Positions 1-11,924 of a DNA stretch of 64,000 bases are shown here, piece after piece. Under the pieces are notes generated by a model. That model saw nothing but the letters and a program-made list of their open reading frames with translations, ran no database searches and was not told the DNA's origin. The stretch's first letter is position 1, and every line of letters starts with the position of its first letter. The stretch is from Octopus vulgaris (lineage: Eukaryota): NCBI GenBank assembly GCA_951406725.2, contig OX597820.1, positions 108,872,001 to 108,936,000 of the forward strand, written 5' to 3'. Made by a program: the position numbers and the translations under genes.

Positions 1-1736
1 ATAAAAACTACATTTTCTCATGTCCCAGAGGCTCATTGGCGGTAGTAGATAATTTCTGCTACCTAAGGGACCAAATTAATTGTGGGGGAGAATGCACAGA
101 AAGTGTAATAACTAGAAAGCCCTTGACAGGCTCCCCCAATTCCTTATCTGGTGGTCAATGCAGAAACTGGGGATAGACGAGTGATTGGCAAGAGCCTGTA
201 CAGGGATGCTGTGAGTAACAGGAGGGTAGACAACAAATATTGTGAAGAATTCCGAGTAGAAGTAGGGGTCCACCAAGGATCAGTCCTCAGCCCCCTCTTA
301 TTCATTATAGTCCTGGTAATAACAGAGGAATTCAAGACAGGCTGCCCCTGCGAGCTCCTCTATGTTGATGACATTGCTCTAATAGCCAAGTCACTGACAA
401 AACTAGAGACGAAGTTTAGGGTATGGAATTAAGGTCTAGAATCAAAAGGCCTTAGGATTGACCTAGCAAAAACCAAAGTCTTAGTAAGTAGGAAGGCTGT
501 CAAATCACAAACCCCTTCAGGTAGATGGCTCTCCTCGATCTGTAGAAAAGCTTGGGTAAAAATCCATACGACGTACCTGGTGTAAGCTATGGACACAAAA
601 GATGCATCAATATCAAGGGAAGGTTAACTGGGAAGATAATTTTTGTGTGTGGCAGATGTACAGGGGCAATAAACACTGATGATGTACAGAAAACAGATTC
701 CATCATATGCCAGGAGGAGAAACTAGAAATAGTTAATAGCTTCTGCTACCTAGGCGACCAAGTCTAGTGGGGGTAGTTGCTCTGAGAGCATAGCTGCTAG
801 AATAAGAATAGCCTGGGCAAAGTTCAGAGAGCTTCTACCTCTGCTGGCAACTAACGGCCTCTCGCTCAGGATGAAAGGTAGAGTGTATGATGCATGTGTG
901 TGAACTGCCATGCTACATGGCAGTCGAACATGGGCCATGACTGCTGAGGACATGTGTTGTCTTGAAAGAAATGAAGCTAGTATGATCCGCTGGATGTGTA
1001 ATGTCAGTGTGCATACATGGCAGAGTATAAGCGCCCTGAGAGAAAAGTTGGGCATAAGAAGCATTGGATGTGGCATGCAAAAGAGACAACTGCACTGGTA
1101 TAGTCATGTATTATGTATGGATGGGGACAGCTGTGTGAAGAAGTGCCACTCCCTAACTGTGGCAGAAGACATGGGATGAGGTGGTGAAGCATGACCTTCA
1201 AACATTGGGCTTCACTGAGGCAATGACAGGTGACCAAGACCTTTGGAGATATGCTGTGATTGAGAAGACTCAGCAACTAAAGTGAGATTGCAGTCATGCA
1301 TGTCCAGCCCAGTTAAGAGTAACCTTGATGTGTCAGGCAATATGAGAAGACCTGTTGAGTCAAGTAAAACCAATATCGTAGCTGTGGTCAGTGCCCCCTG
1401 AATGGCTCCCGTGCTGCTTGCATGTAAAAAGCGTCATCCATACGTAGCTGATGCCAATACCCCCTGACTGACCCCCATGCCAGTGGCATGTAAAAAGCTT
1501 TATCTGAACGTGATCCATGCCAGGCCTGCTCGACTGGCTCCTGTGCCGGTGGCATGTAAAAAGCACCCACTACACTCTCGGAGTGATTGGCATTAGGAAG
1601 GGCATCCAGCTGTAGAAACTCTGCCAGATCAGATTGGAGCCTTGTGCAGCCACTGGCTCTTCAGACCTCAGTTAAACCGTCCATCACATGCTGACATGGA
1701 AAATGGATGTTAAACAATGGTGATGATGATGATGAT
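1..1736 (+). mobile_element. RTE-clade LINE, 5'-truncated decayed copy (RT C-terminal half, 3' UTR, (GAT)n tail); 1-116 is a separate downstream RT piece fused in front
   Basis: Translates to GVHQGSVLSPLLF, ELLYVDDIAL, FCYLGD, MLHGSRTW with stops and frameshifts; 3' UTR GGCATGTAAAAAGC repeats, TTAGGAAGGGCATCCAGCTG and (GAT)n tail match the copy at 46986-50336. Confidence 0.93.
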
Positions 1737-2139
1737 ATGTAAAGAGGGAGAAACAAAGACTGAAAATATTCAGGCAAACATTCATGTATGTATACTTTAT
1801 ATACTTGTGTATTTTATATGTCTATCACAACCTGGATTCCTCTTATAGCCACTCATTACCCAACAGACTTATGTGCCATACATGGCTGGCCAGGGACATG
1901 ATGTTGCACCTTTCCAATAAAAGAGGACTTGTTCAGACATTGCTTAAAAGGGCTCCCAGTTGTCAGTACCAGCTGTTATTGTTGGCAGATGTGTCATTGC
2001 TGCTCTTTTGCTCTGGGTGTCAGTGCCGCCCACCACCTCAGCTCCCCATCGTCTGAACAACAGGCCCTTTTTTACTGGAAAGGCGCAACATCATGTCCCT
2101 AGCCAACCACATATGGTGCTTAAAAGAGGACTAAGTCTG

Positions 2140-3985
2140 TTAGTGACTTCAGAATTAGGGCTAGAATGACTCGGAGAAATAAACCATACTGGAGAAGAAG
2201 ATTATGGATGTTCAAAGACACTACAAACCAACAGAAGTTTAGAGACATTCTAATGGAAGCCTCTGATGATAGAGAGGAGGAGTAGGTGGGGCCATATAGC
2301 ATAGAGGACAATTGGAAGTTCCTGCAGAACAATTTACTGGCAGCCGCTGACCAAATCTGTGGCTGGGGTAAAGTCCCAACTTGGCTGAGGGTGACATGGT
2401 GGTGGAATAAGGAGGTGAATAAACACTATAAAAGCAAGGAGACAGATCTGGAAAGACTGGAAAAACAATGGAAGTAGAGAATTATATCAGGGAGCCAGAA
2501 GGGAAGCTAGGCAACCAGTTTACATAGAAAAAGGAATAGCAAAAGTTAAAAGGTTTGCCAATATTCTACAGTGTGAGGATCAGAGGCATGAGGTGTTCAG
2601 GATTGCAAAGTAGTATATCAGATTAGAGATGTAGTGGGTGAGAAATGTGTATGAATGGATAATGGTGGACTTTCACTTAGTGACTCAGAAAAGAAAGATG
2701 TGTGGAAGTGCCACTATGAAAGGTTATTAAGTGTAGAAAATGAATGGGAGAAGGAGAGGCTTTCAAATATCAAACCAATTGAGGGACCAGCCATCAGAGT
2801 TGATAGCAGTATAATAGATAAGGCAATTAAGAATATGAAGGCAATGAAAGCCCCTAGAACATCAGGTATCACTGCTGAGATGATTAAAATCTGAAGGGTA
2901 CAGCCTAGTCACTCGCACTGTTTAATCAGGTTATTCAGGAAGGTGTCATCCCCAGTGACTGTAGTAGTAGTAGTAGTATAGTTAGCTGCTACAAGGGCAA
3001 AAGTGATTCCTAAGATAAGATTAACTACAGAGGCATCAAACTGCTGGACCAGGTCGTGAAAGTTAGATCTCAATTGATTAGGAATAAGATTAAACTAGAT
3101 AAGATGCAATTTGGTTTTGTTCCTGGGAGAAGTACCACAGATGCTATTTTTCCAGTGAGACAGCTGCAAGAAAAGTATTTGGCCAAAAGTAAACCTTTGA
3201 ACTTAGCTTTTGTCAATCTGGAGAAAGCTTTCAACAGAGTTCTCTGCTCTGTTATCTAGTGGTCTCTAAAGAAGATAAGAGTAGAGGAGTGGCTTGTTAG
3301 AGCCATACAAGCCATGTACAGCAGTGCTGTCAGTAAGGTGAGAGTTGGCCTTGAATACAATGATGAATTTGGTGTACAAGTTGGGGTTCACCAAGGATCA
3401 GTTCTTAGTTCACTCTTATTCATCATAGTCCTCCAGACTATAACAGAAGAATTCAAAACTAGATGCCCATGAGAACTGCTATATGCTGATAACCTCACTC
3501 TTTTTGTAGAATTGAAGAAGTTCCAGGTATGAAAGCAAAATCTGGAATAAAAGGGTCTTAATGTTAACCAAGCAAAGACTTAAGTTGTTAGCAAAAAAGC
3601 AGATAAGACTGTCTTTCCGTCAAGTAAATGGCTCTGTCTCTATGTAGGAGAAGAGTGGGAAGTAATTCCATTCGCTACATCCAGTGTAAGCTATAGAAAC
3701 TTAAGAGATGTAGTGGAATCACAGGTAGATTGATAAGGTCGTTTTTGTGTGGAAGATGTGCAGGAATAATAAGCACTTAGAACATACAGGAATTAGACTC
3801 TCTCAAATGCCCAGGAGGCTCTCTTGAAGTAGTAGATAGTTTCTGCTACTTAGGTGACTAAATTAGTAATGGTGGTGGATGCTCTGAAAGTATTGTTTTT
3901 AGAATAATAATAAAATGTATTGTAAGTTCAGAGAACTACTACCTCTGTTGGCAACAAAAGGACTCTCTCTCAAAGTGAAAGGTAA
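2140..3985 (+). mobile_element. RTE-clade LINE, older diverged copy (end of APE to RT), 3' part cut by mariner
   Basis: RVTWWWNKEV, WKCHYERLL, MQFGFVPGRSTTDAIF, LAFVNLEKAFNRV homologous to the 47778-49859 ORF; many stops. Confidence 0.9.
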
Positions 3986-4625
3986 TTGGGTCATCCCATA
4001 AATAATGCAGTATTTTTATACTTCTTTTATTTTTCAAAATTAAGATAAACAAAGTTCTTTTTTAACCTAAAATATACTCTTGTTCATTCTCTACAATGCT
4101 CTTCCATCTATCTGGTAGACTTGCAAGACCCCTCTTCCAAAATTCACTTGTCTGTGATGAAAAGTACGCCTACAGTACGCCTCATCTATAGAATTCATAT
4201 TTTTTCCGTAAAATGATTTTGAAGACTGGGGCAATGTCTGGCAAATATGGTGGATGGAGCATTGTTTCCCATTCAAGCTGCTCCAGCCTTTGGAATGTCA
4301 TCCTCACTGTATGTGGCCGAGCATTATCCTGGTGGAAGAATACCTTTTGTTTTGAAACCAAAGATGGTCATTTTACTTCTAGCGCTGACTTAAGTTGCTT
4401 GCAGTAGATATTTATCATTTGTTTTGGGTTTAAAAGTTCGAAGTAGACTAAACCTTTCATATCTCACCAAATAGATAACAACACCTTACATGGGTGAAGA
4501 CCTTCTTTAGCCTGGGGTGCTGGTGTTTCTCCTTTCCCTACCCACTATCTTTGGTGCTTGACATTTTTATAGAGAACCCATTTCCCATCACCAGTTACTA
4601 TTCAGTCCAAAAAAGGTTGATATTA
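3986..4625 (-). mobile_element. Tc1/mariner transposon remnant (catalytic part of transposase plus one TIR-like end)
   Basis: Minus strand reads IVTGDGKWVLYKN, KVLLSIW*D, GLVYFELL, FHQDNARPHT, WETMLHPPYLPDIAP, LPDRWKSIVE; TTGGGTCATCCCATAAATAATGCAG at 3986 resembles mariner TIRs. Confidence 0.85.
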
Positions 4626-4784
4626 GCTTATGCTTATTGTCTGATTCCCATATACTGCATTAATATTCCTTGCACTTTCCATTGATTTAAAGTTAGTGCC
4701 AAAACTATTTTGCTTTTTGGTTTTAAAATATGAGATTTTAGCATTAATTCTTCTGACAATAACCTTATTACCATTAGCATTGAC

Positions 4785-5471
4785 ATTCTATAAAAAAATT
4801 TATAAATGAAATAATTTTAAAGGCAAATTCTAAAACAATATAATTTTTTTTTTAAATACATTTAGAACTATTAAAAGTAAAAATTATCTGATATTTAATC
4901 CAATATAAACTATTTTTTTTAAATTAAAAAAATTTTTTAATTGGCACTTAAAAGACATTTAAAAAAAATTTATGGTAGTGTCAGGGTTTCTGTGTTAGTT
5001 TTTATTATATTAATATTAATTATGGGGTGGGGGTGGAATATTTGCAAGCATTCTTCTAAATATCGATCATAATGGCAAATGTCTTGAATTTGCAAAGATA
5101 TTTTGGTCTTTAAAAACTATGTATTATTATGTTTGAATGAAATTATGAGTCATTTGCAAAGATCTAAAAAAAATTAATGAAAGTAAAAATTTAATTTTCT
5201 TTTTTTCAAAAATCACCAATTTTTCGCCATTCTATAAAAAATTTTATATATGAAATAATTTTTAATGCAAATTTGAAAACAAACAATATTATTTCGAAAA
5301 AAATACATTCAGAACTATTAAAAGTAAAAATTATCTCATATTTAATCCAATATAAATTATTTAAAAAAATTTTTTTTAATTTTTAAATTTGCGCTTAAAA
5401 GACATTCCAAAAAAAATTATGGTAATGTCAGGGTTTCTGAGTTAGTTTTTATTATATTAATATTAATTATG
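4785..5471. repeat. Diverged ~240-bp AT-rich direct duplication (4785-5023 / 5229-5471)
   Basis: Shared CATTCTATAAAAA...AGAACTATTAAAAGTAAAAATTATCT...GTCAGGGTTTCTG...ATTAATTATG. Confidence 0.8.
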
Positions 5472-6103
5472 ACCTGCTGCAGACCGGACTGCAGCAATAA
5501 CAATAAAAATCGATAGACTTCTTGCGTAACACAAAAGAGCGTATTAGGTTTGAGTGGCTGAAAGAAAGTCAGAAAATGACGACAACTCAAAAATACAAAC
5601 AAAATTTTAATTAATGAATTAATAAAATTTTTAAAATGCAAATTATATATATTTGGAATCATTGTAATACAAGGAACATGTTTAATATAAGTTTCGTTCT
5701 AATGTAATAGTCTATTATATGAGTTAATTAATTCATATAAATAAATTATAGGGCCCAGGCACGCATTAGGCATTTATAGATGAGCACGTCGTTTGAGTCT
5801 CTACATTTTGTTGAGACACTCACTCAGCCATGCACGTCTAATACATATATATATATATGTAATCAAAATAAGCAACAGGATAACGAGAGGTGATTGCAGT
5901 ACAACCGTACATTGGAGCAATCTCAAGAATAATCATCCAAAATTGTGAGGATAATCTGGTGCTTGACTGAGGAAAGAAAACTTCGACTGACCAGTCCTTG
6001 TTTTCTTTGTATCATCTATCTGGATGTTTTGTTGTCCCTTTTTGTATCACCTAGCTGTCTGGATGTTTTGCGTTCTTGTCCCATTTTGTATTATATATAT
6101 ATA

Positions 6104-6145
<42 letters not shown>

Positions 6146-7141
6146 TATGAGTCCTTCCAAATATAGAGTTTATAAGCAATGTAAGATTCCCTTATGAGTG
6201 AGATCCAGCAGATTTTTAAACTTGGTCATTCCCAGTAGGGAATTTATAGTGTTGCAGAGTCAAAGGTTTGTATTTAAAATGAACTAGAAATAGGGAGTGT
6301 ATTAGTATGGTTAAATTGAAAACAGGAAGGGAGGAATGAAAAAAAAAATGGAAGAGAAAAAAGAGGAGAGAAAGAAAAAATGAAAGAGAAAAGAGAGAGA
6401 AGATTAGTAAAAATATAATAATAATAAAAAAAAAATAAAGAATAAAAAACCTGAAGATAGGAATAAAGGGCATAAAGAAAAAAAAATTACGATATAGATG
6501 AGTCAGTGGTCAGTGGAGATAATTTGAAAGTAGGAGTGGGGATAGAGAGAGAGAAAGGTATTATAGTGTAAAAGATAGAGGAATGGGAGGGTTAAGAGGT
6601 AAAGGAATGACCAATGTGTAGTAGTAGAGTCTAACTGTGGGGCAAAGATATGAAGAATTCAGGAAATAGCAGTTCAGTGCTTAGTAATCTGAGAAAATAT
6701 ATGTGAAGATGTATATACATGTATATATCAGTTAAGTTACATATACAATCCTTATTCGCATGCGTATGCACTCATACACGCTCACTTATACACTCATCTG
6801 CATGTATCATCACCCCTGCATATACAGGTATATATACCTTGCATGTGTACATATGTTTACATATACCCACATGCATGCATATACGCATACCCTCACTCAT
6901 ACATATATATGCACGCATGGGTGTGTGCACATACATAGGAATATAATCAGATGGTTGTATATGTGAGAAACTAGATAGGGATTATGAGTTAGAGTGTAAA
7001 TTTATAGGTTATTGGGATTACCTAAGGAGTATTGTGGAAATGTACTCTATGGTCATTCTGGCATTTGGATTTGTGGTAGAATTTAAATGTGTGATATAAG
7101 TGGTGGTTGCATGTGCTTAGTGCCTCATTATGTTTATTGAA

Positions 7142-7858
7142 CATCAGTGGAATATATGCAGAAAGTAACATAAATACATATATATATTCATATAACATAT
7201 GAATACTTACATATACGAACGTATTGGAATTATCCAGTAATTTTTTGCTAGTTCTATTTTGTCTTTTTGTCTTCTCTCCTTGTGCTGTATCAACATTTAA
7301 TGTGGTTTTAGAGTCAGATTTTGGCTGTTATTTTCAGCATGGCAGTATCTCGTAGATACCCTAAATTATAATTTTAATAAATAATTTGAAGGTTTTTATT
7401 TCCATGCTGGCCACTTGATAAGATCGTCATTTAATTTAAATTAACGATCTTATTCTTATTTATATAAATTTTAATTTTATTTCATCATTGTATTTACTGC
7501 GGTGATGTTTTAACCATATCGCACAAGGAGTTACAAAGCGGGCAATTTAAACTGGGCATGTTGCATACATGCATATATGTGTATGTGTATGTTCGTATAT
7601 GTAAGTATCCGTATGTTATATGTATATATGTGTGTATTTATGTTACTTTCTGCGTATATTCCACTGATGAGGTAAAGTATTTCTAAATGCAAAGCCAGAT
7701 ATCTGGGATCTGGAATTATCCAGTAATTTTTTGGTAGTTCTATTTTGTCTTTTTGTCTTCTCTCCTTGTGCTGTATCAACATTTAATGTGGTTTTAAAGT
7801 CAGATTTTGGCTGCTATTTTCAGCATGGTGATATCTCGTAGATACCCTAAATTATAAT
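7142..7858 (+). mobile_element. Non-coding PLE-type mini-element (inverted piece plus direct repeats plus degenerate hammerhead)
   Basis: 7142-7221 is the reverse complement of ~7590-7669; 7225-7372 is repeated at 7711-7858; HHR-like motif at 7658-7716. Confidence 0.65.
7658..7716 (+). ncRNA. Degenerate minimal type-I hammerhead ribozyme
   Basis: ATTCCA-CTGATGA-GGT...GCC-a-GATA (for GAAA)-TCTGGGA-TC-TGGAAT; stem I ATTCCA/TGGAAT. Confidence 0.55.
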
Positions 7859-7981
7859 ATTCATATATATATATATATATACATGGATATATATACATAT
7901 ATATATATGGATATATATATATGTATATATGAATATATATATATGTGTGTATATGGATATATATGTGTACATATGGATATA

Positions 7982-8240
7982 TCTCTATATACTGTATATA
8001 TAAAACTGAGAATGTGTGTCTGTCAGTCTGTGTGTTTCCCTAAAAATTGAGAACTACTCAACCAATTTCATTCAAATTTTACACATGCCTTACTTAGGGT
8101 CCATGTAGTTTTATGGGCAAAAAAATGTTCAACTTCTTGCCTAGGGCGAGCCCATAGCAATATCATATCTTCTCCACTATTTCAGTATTACTCTATTTCT
8201 CTATTTTATGTCAGATACTTTCACTTTAACAATAAAAATT
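7982..8240 (+). mobile_element. Non-autonomous Helitron-like element, 5' part (right boundary uncertain)
   Basis: TCTCTATATA...TATAAAA, GTCT/GTGT tract and AACCAATTTCATTCAAATTTTACACA, same layout as the Helitron at 42287. Confidence 0.55.
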
Positions 8241-8544
8241 AGAGATAACAATTGAATTATATGTAGTAAGTAATAATTAAAATCAAACTCAAGTATAATA
8301 TAATCGTAACATAACAAAAGTAAAAATAACAATTGGTATAAAATTGCATCAATGACTTGAACTTGAATAAGTGGTTTCACATGAATGGGAATAAATTAAA
8401 AATAAAATTAATGTGCAGAAATGGAATAGTCCAGATGGAGCTGTGCACATACCCTTTACCACAGCTTTTACATTAGATTATCTGCTAATTAGCTAGCATT
8501 AAGTATCTATATGAAGTTTGGCTGTATGTAATGTCTGTTTTCTC

Positions 8545-9400
8545 GAACAGCCGCTTCTACTGAGTACTGCTGTTGGTTTATTTCTTATACATAAAGGACT
8601 ATAGCTTCAACTGTGTACTGCTTTTTGATTCACCGTAAGGTTTGTTGTTATTATTATTACTGTTTAACTATTGTTATCACGTTTGTTGGTTCCTCGTAAG
8701 GGAAACGTTGTTGTGTTGCATTTGTTAAATAATTGTAAACTGTAACCCTCCCCCTTTGGGAGAAGGAGCTTTGGTTATTGTTTAAAAATTGAATTGTGTC
8801 CCTGTTTGAGGAAATTGACAATATTTTCACCATTTATACGGAAGCATTTTTGTTAAAATGCCTTCGATAGAAGAAAGTCCAAACATGAATTTTGCTGCAG
8901 CCGTCGGCAGGCGGCGAACTCATTAAAATTAAAATGGAAGAAATACAAGCCTATTTCGGATTGATCACCGACAAAGACGGTGAATCTAGGATAACACCAC
9001 CAAACGAAATAAAAAAATAAAATTAAAGAAAAGACTATTGTCTATAAAGTATACAATGTAGAGAAAAAAAAAGATTTGAACACCTGGAGGAAAGCACCAT
9101 TGAAAAGTGTCTTGGTGCGACTATGGAAGATATCAAGTATCTAACCAGAGGCGGTAAATTCGCCACAATAGAAGCAAGGTTCAAGTCAACGGAGCGTGCA
9201 AGGGAGTACTCGACTCGAACCTTGCAAAGTGGAAATATTTTATTTTTACCTTTATATCTGGGATGTAGGACGTCCCGGATAAAAATTAAAAATGTCCCCC
9301 CCGGAAGTAGAAGTAGGCTGGATTGTAGCCACATATACAAGAGGGAGGACAAGATTCAATTGATTGAAATTGCAAGAGACAGGCCTACAATTCCAGTCTG
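8545..9400 (+). mobile_element. L1/Tx1-like LINE 5' remnant (5' UTR and decayed ORF1)
   Basis: ORF 9123-9413 has RRM-like ORF1 features (IEARFKSTERAREY...LPLYLGCRTSRIKIKNVPP); stops and frameshifts upstream. Confidence 0.45.
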
Positions 9401-9616
9401 TTATATATTTTGAGTATTGTTATCACTAGCGATATCAAGATATAACTTTGTATTTTGTATTTTATGTGTAGATGTATATATATAGATGTACATGTAACAT
9501 GTACACATATATGTACACATATATACATGCACTAGCACTATGACCCGGCAACACCAAGTCATAATGCTAGCATATATATATATATATATGTTTATATGGA
9601 TATGCATATATATATA

Positions 9617-9727
9617 CTGGAGTAAACACATAAATGTGAAACAAGGTGGAAAAAAGAACAAAAACTGTCCGACGAACAGGAACGTGAAACTCAGGTTTTG
9701 TTGAATTTCTGCTGCTTTTAAATAAAG
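9617..9727 (+). mobile_element. Short decayed copy of the HHR mini-element family at 45856-46101
   Basis: AAAACTGTCCGACGAACAGGAACGTGAAACTCAG...GCTTTTAAATAAAG aligns to 45956-46030; 9617-9658 is the reverse complement of 46061-46101. Confidence 0.7.
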
Positions 9728-10095
<368 letters not shown>

Positions 10096-10396
10096 CTATA
10101 TAATTAATAGTTAGGGAATGTAATAATTCCAAGCTAACTGGGGAAAAACTCTAAATCAAAATTCACTATATATTATAAATATTTATATAGAATTTAGAGA
10201 AAAACCACTATCTAGTTATTCAATCAATAGTGAAAAGATATTATCTATAATAACCACATAGAAGTTAATTAAATATTTTATAATCATTATTCTAAAAATC
10301 TCATAATAAATCAAACATTAAATTAACTACGTGCATTTCATGACTAAAAATATAAATCGATAATATTAAAATTTTATTTTAAAAAAATTTAAAATA

Positions 10397-10803
10397 GGCG
10401 CAGGAGTGGCTGTTTGGTAAGTAGCTTGCTAACCAACCACATGGTTCCGGGTTCAGTCCCACTGCGTGGCATCTTGGGCAAGTGTCTTCTGCTATAGCCC
10501 CGGGCCGACCAATGCCTTGTGAGTGGATTTGGTAGACGGAAACTGAAAGAAGCCTGTCGTATATATGTATATATATATAAGTGTGTGTGAATATGTTTGT
10601 GTGTCTGTGTTTGTTCCCCTAGCATTGCTTGACAACCGATGCTGGTGTGTTTACGTCCCCGTCACTTAGCGGTTCGGCAAAAGAGACCGATAGAATAAGT
10701 ACTGGGCTTACAAAGAATAAGTCCCGGGGTCGATTTGCTCGACTAAAGGCGGTGCTCCAGCATGGCCGCAGTCAAATGACTGAAACAAGTAAAAAAGAGT
10801 AAA
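10397..10803 (+). mobile_element. tRNA-derived CORE-type SINE
   Basis: A-box-like TGGCTGTTTGG, B-box GGTTCAGTCCC, CORE-like TTGGGCAAGT, internal (TA)/(TG) tract; near-identical copies at 28847 and 52262. Confidence 0.88.
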
Positions 10804-11205
10804 TAATTCAGTAAAATTTAACAATATTAATATTAATGTAAAGCAAAAAACATGACTTATCTTACTGGTGAAAACCAGTTAAAAGAAATTTTAAACTTAC
10901 TATCTAGCATTGTAAAAAACACCTACCTCGTAAAACGTGACGTAAACAATAAATATACAATAAATAAATAGATATATGTATTTAACGGTAAGAATAAAAA
11001 TGGTAAAAAAATATGACGTAATATACCATTTACAGGGAAAAATTCTAAATTCTCAATAATTTAAATCTACGACATTATATTCAAAAATATAAAATTAATT
11101 AAATTTCCATAAATTAATATATATTATTCAATTAGTTTTATTAATCCCTTGGTTAACAGTTATTTAAATTTTGTTCATACACTACATAACCTACAAATAA
11201 TTTAT

Positions 11206-11359
11206 AGTGTGCAAACTGCCATGCTTCACGGTAGTGAAACGTGGGCTGTGACTGCAGAGGACATGCGTAGGCTTGAAAGAAATGAAGCTAGCATGATCCG
11301 CTGGATGTGTAATGTCAGTGTGCATACACGACAGAGTGTAAGTGCCCTGAGAGAAATGT
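11206..11359 (+). mobile_element. RTE LINE internal fragment
   Basis: VQTAMLHGSETWAVTAEDMRRLERNEASMIRWMCNVSVH matches the RTE ORF C-terminus. Confidence 0.9.
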
Positions 11360-11924
11360 AAGTATTACAGCAGATTTAAGATGCTGAGTACTCATCAGCC
11401 AATTACATAGGTTTTCCATTAATACAAAGGCTTTCAAATCAAGTAGTAACATTATAGAGAAGGTAGATATACAGATAAAGATGTAGATTTAAATTTTAAG
11501 AACATATGAGGTTGTGAAGTCCAATCACTGACTGACCAAGCTATGGCTGTATCTAACTGCTATAAGATTAGAAGTAATAAAGATTTTTTAGTTGTAGGAA
11601 TGAGGTAAGGGAGGTTTCAGAATACCATAAAAGGAATTCAAGTTGCCACTAACAAAATGCCAATTACTGCTATTTGGTGAGAGGAACTAGGTCAATGTCA
11701 AATGGTCATTAATCCCCTTTACAGAGAGTAGGGAAAAAACCTATCACTTATTATTATGAGTAGGCATAGTATTTTATAACTGGGGGAAAGCTTTATTAAT
11801 TTTAAAACTAGATTAGATTTAGAAAAAATTCCAATTTCAAGTTTACAGTGAAGTTTTTTTAGTTATCTATGAAAGTTAAATTCAAAGCTAGTATAGTATA
11901 TTTCTTCTTATTATTATAATAATA

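Noticed and set aside
5960-6000. CTGAGGA-AAG-AAAA-CTT hammerhead-like start
   Set aside because: No GAAA, stem III or stem I partner follows
10320-10815. Possible minus-strand hammerhead split by a SINE
   Set aside because: Core too degenerate to call
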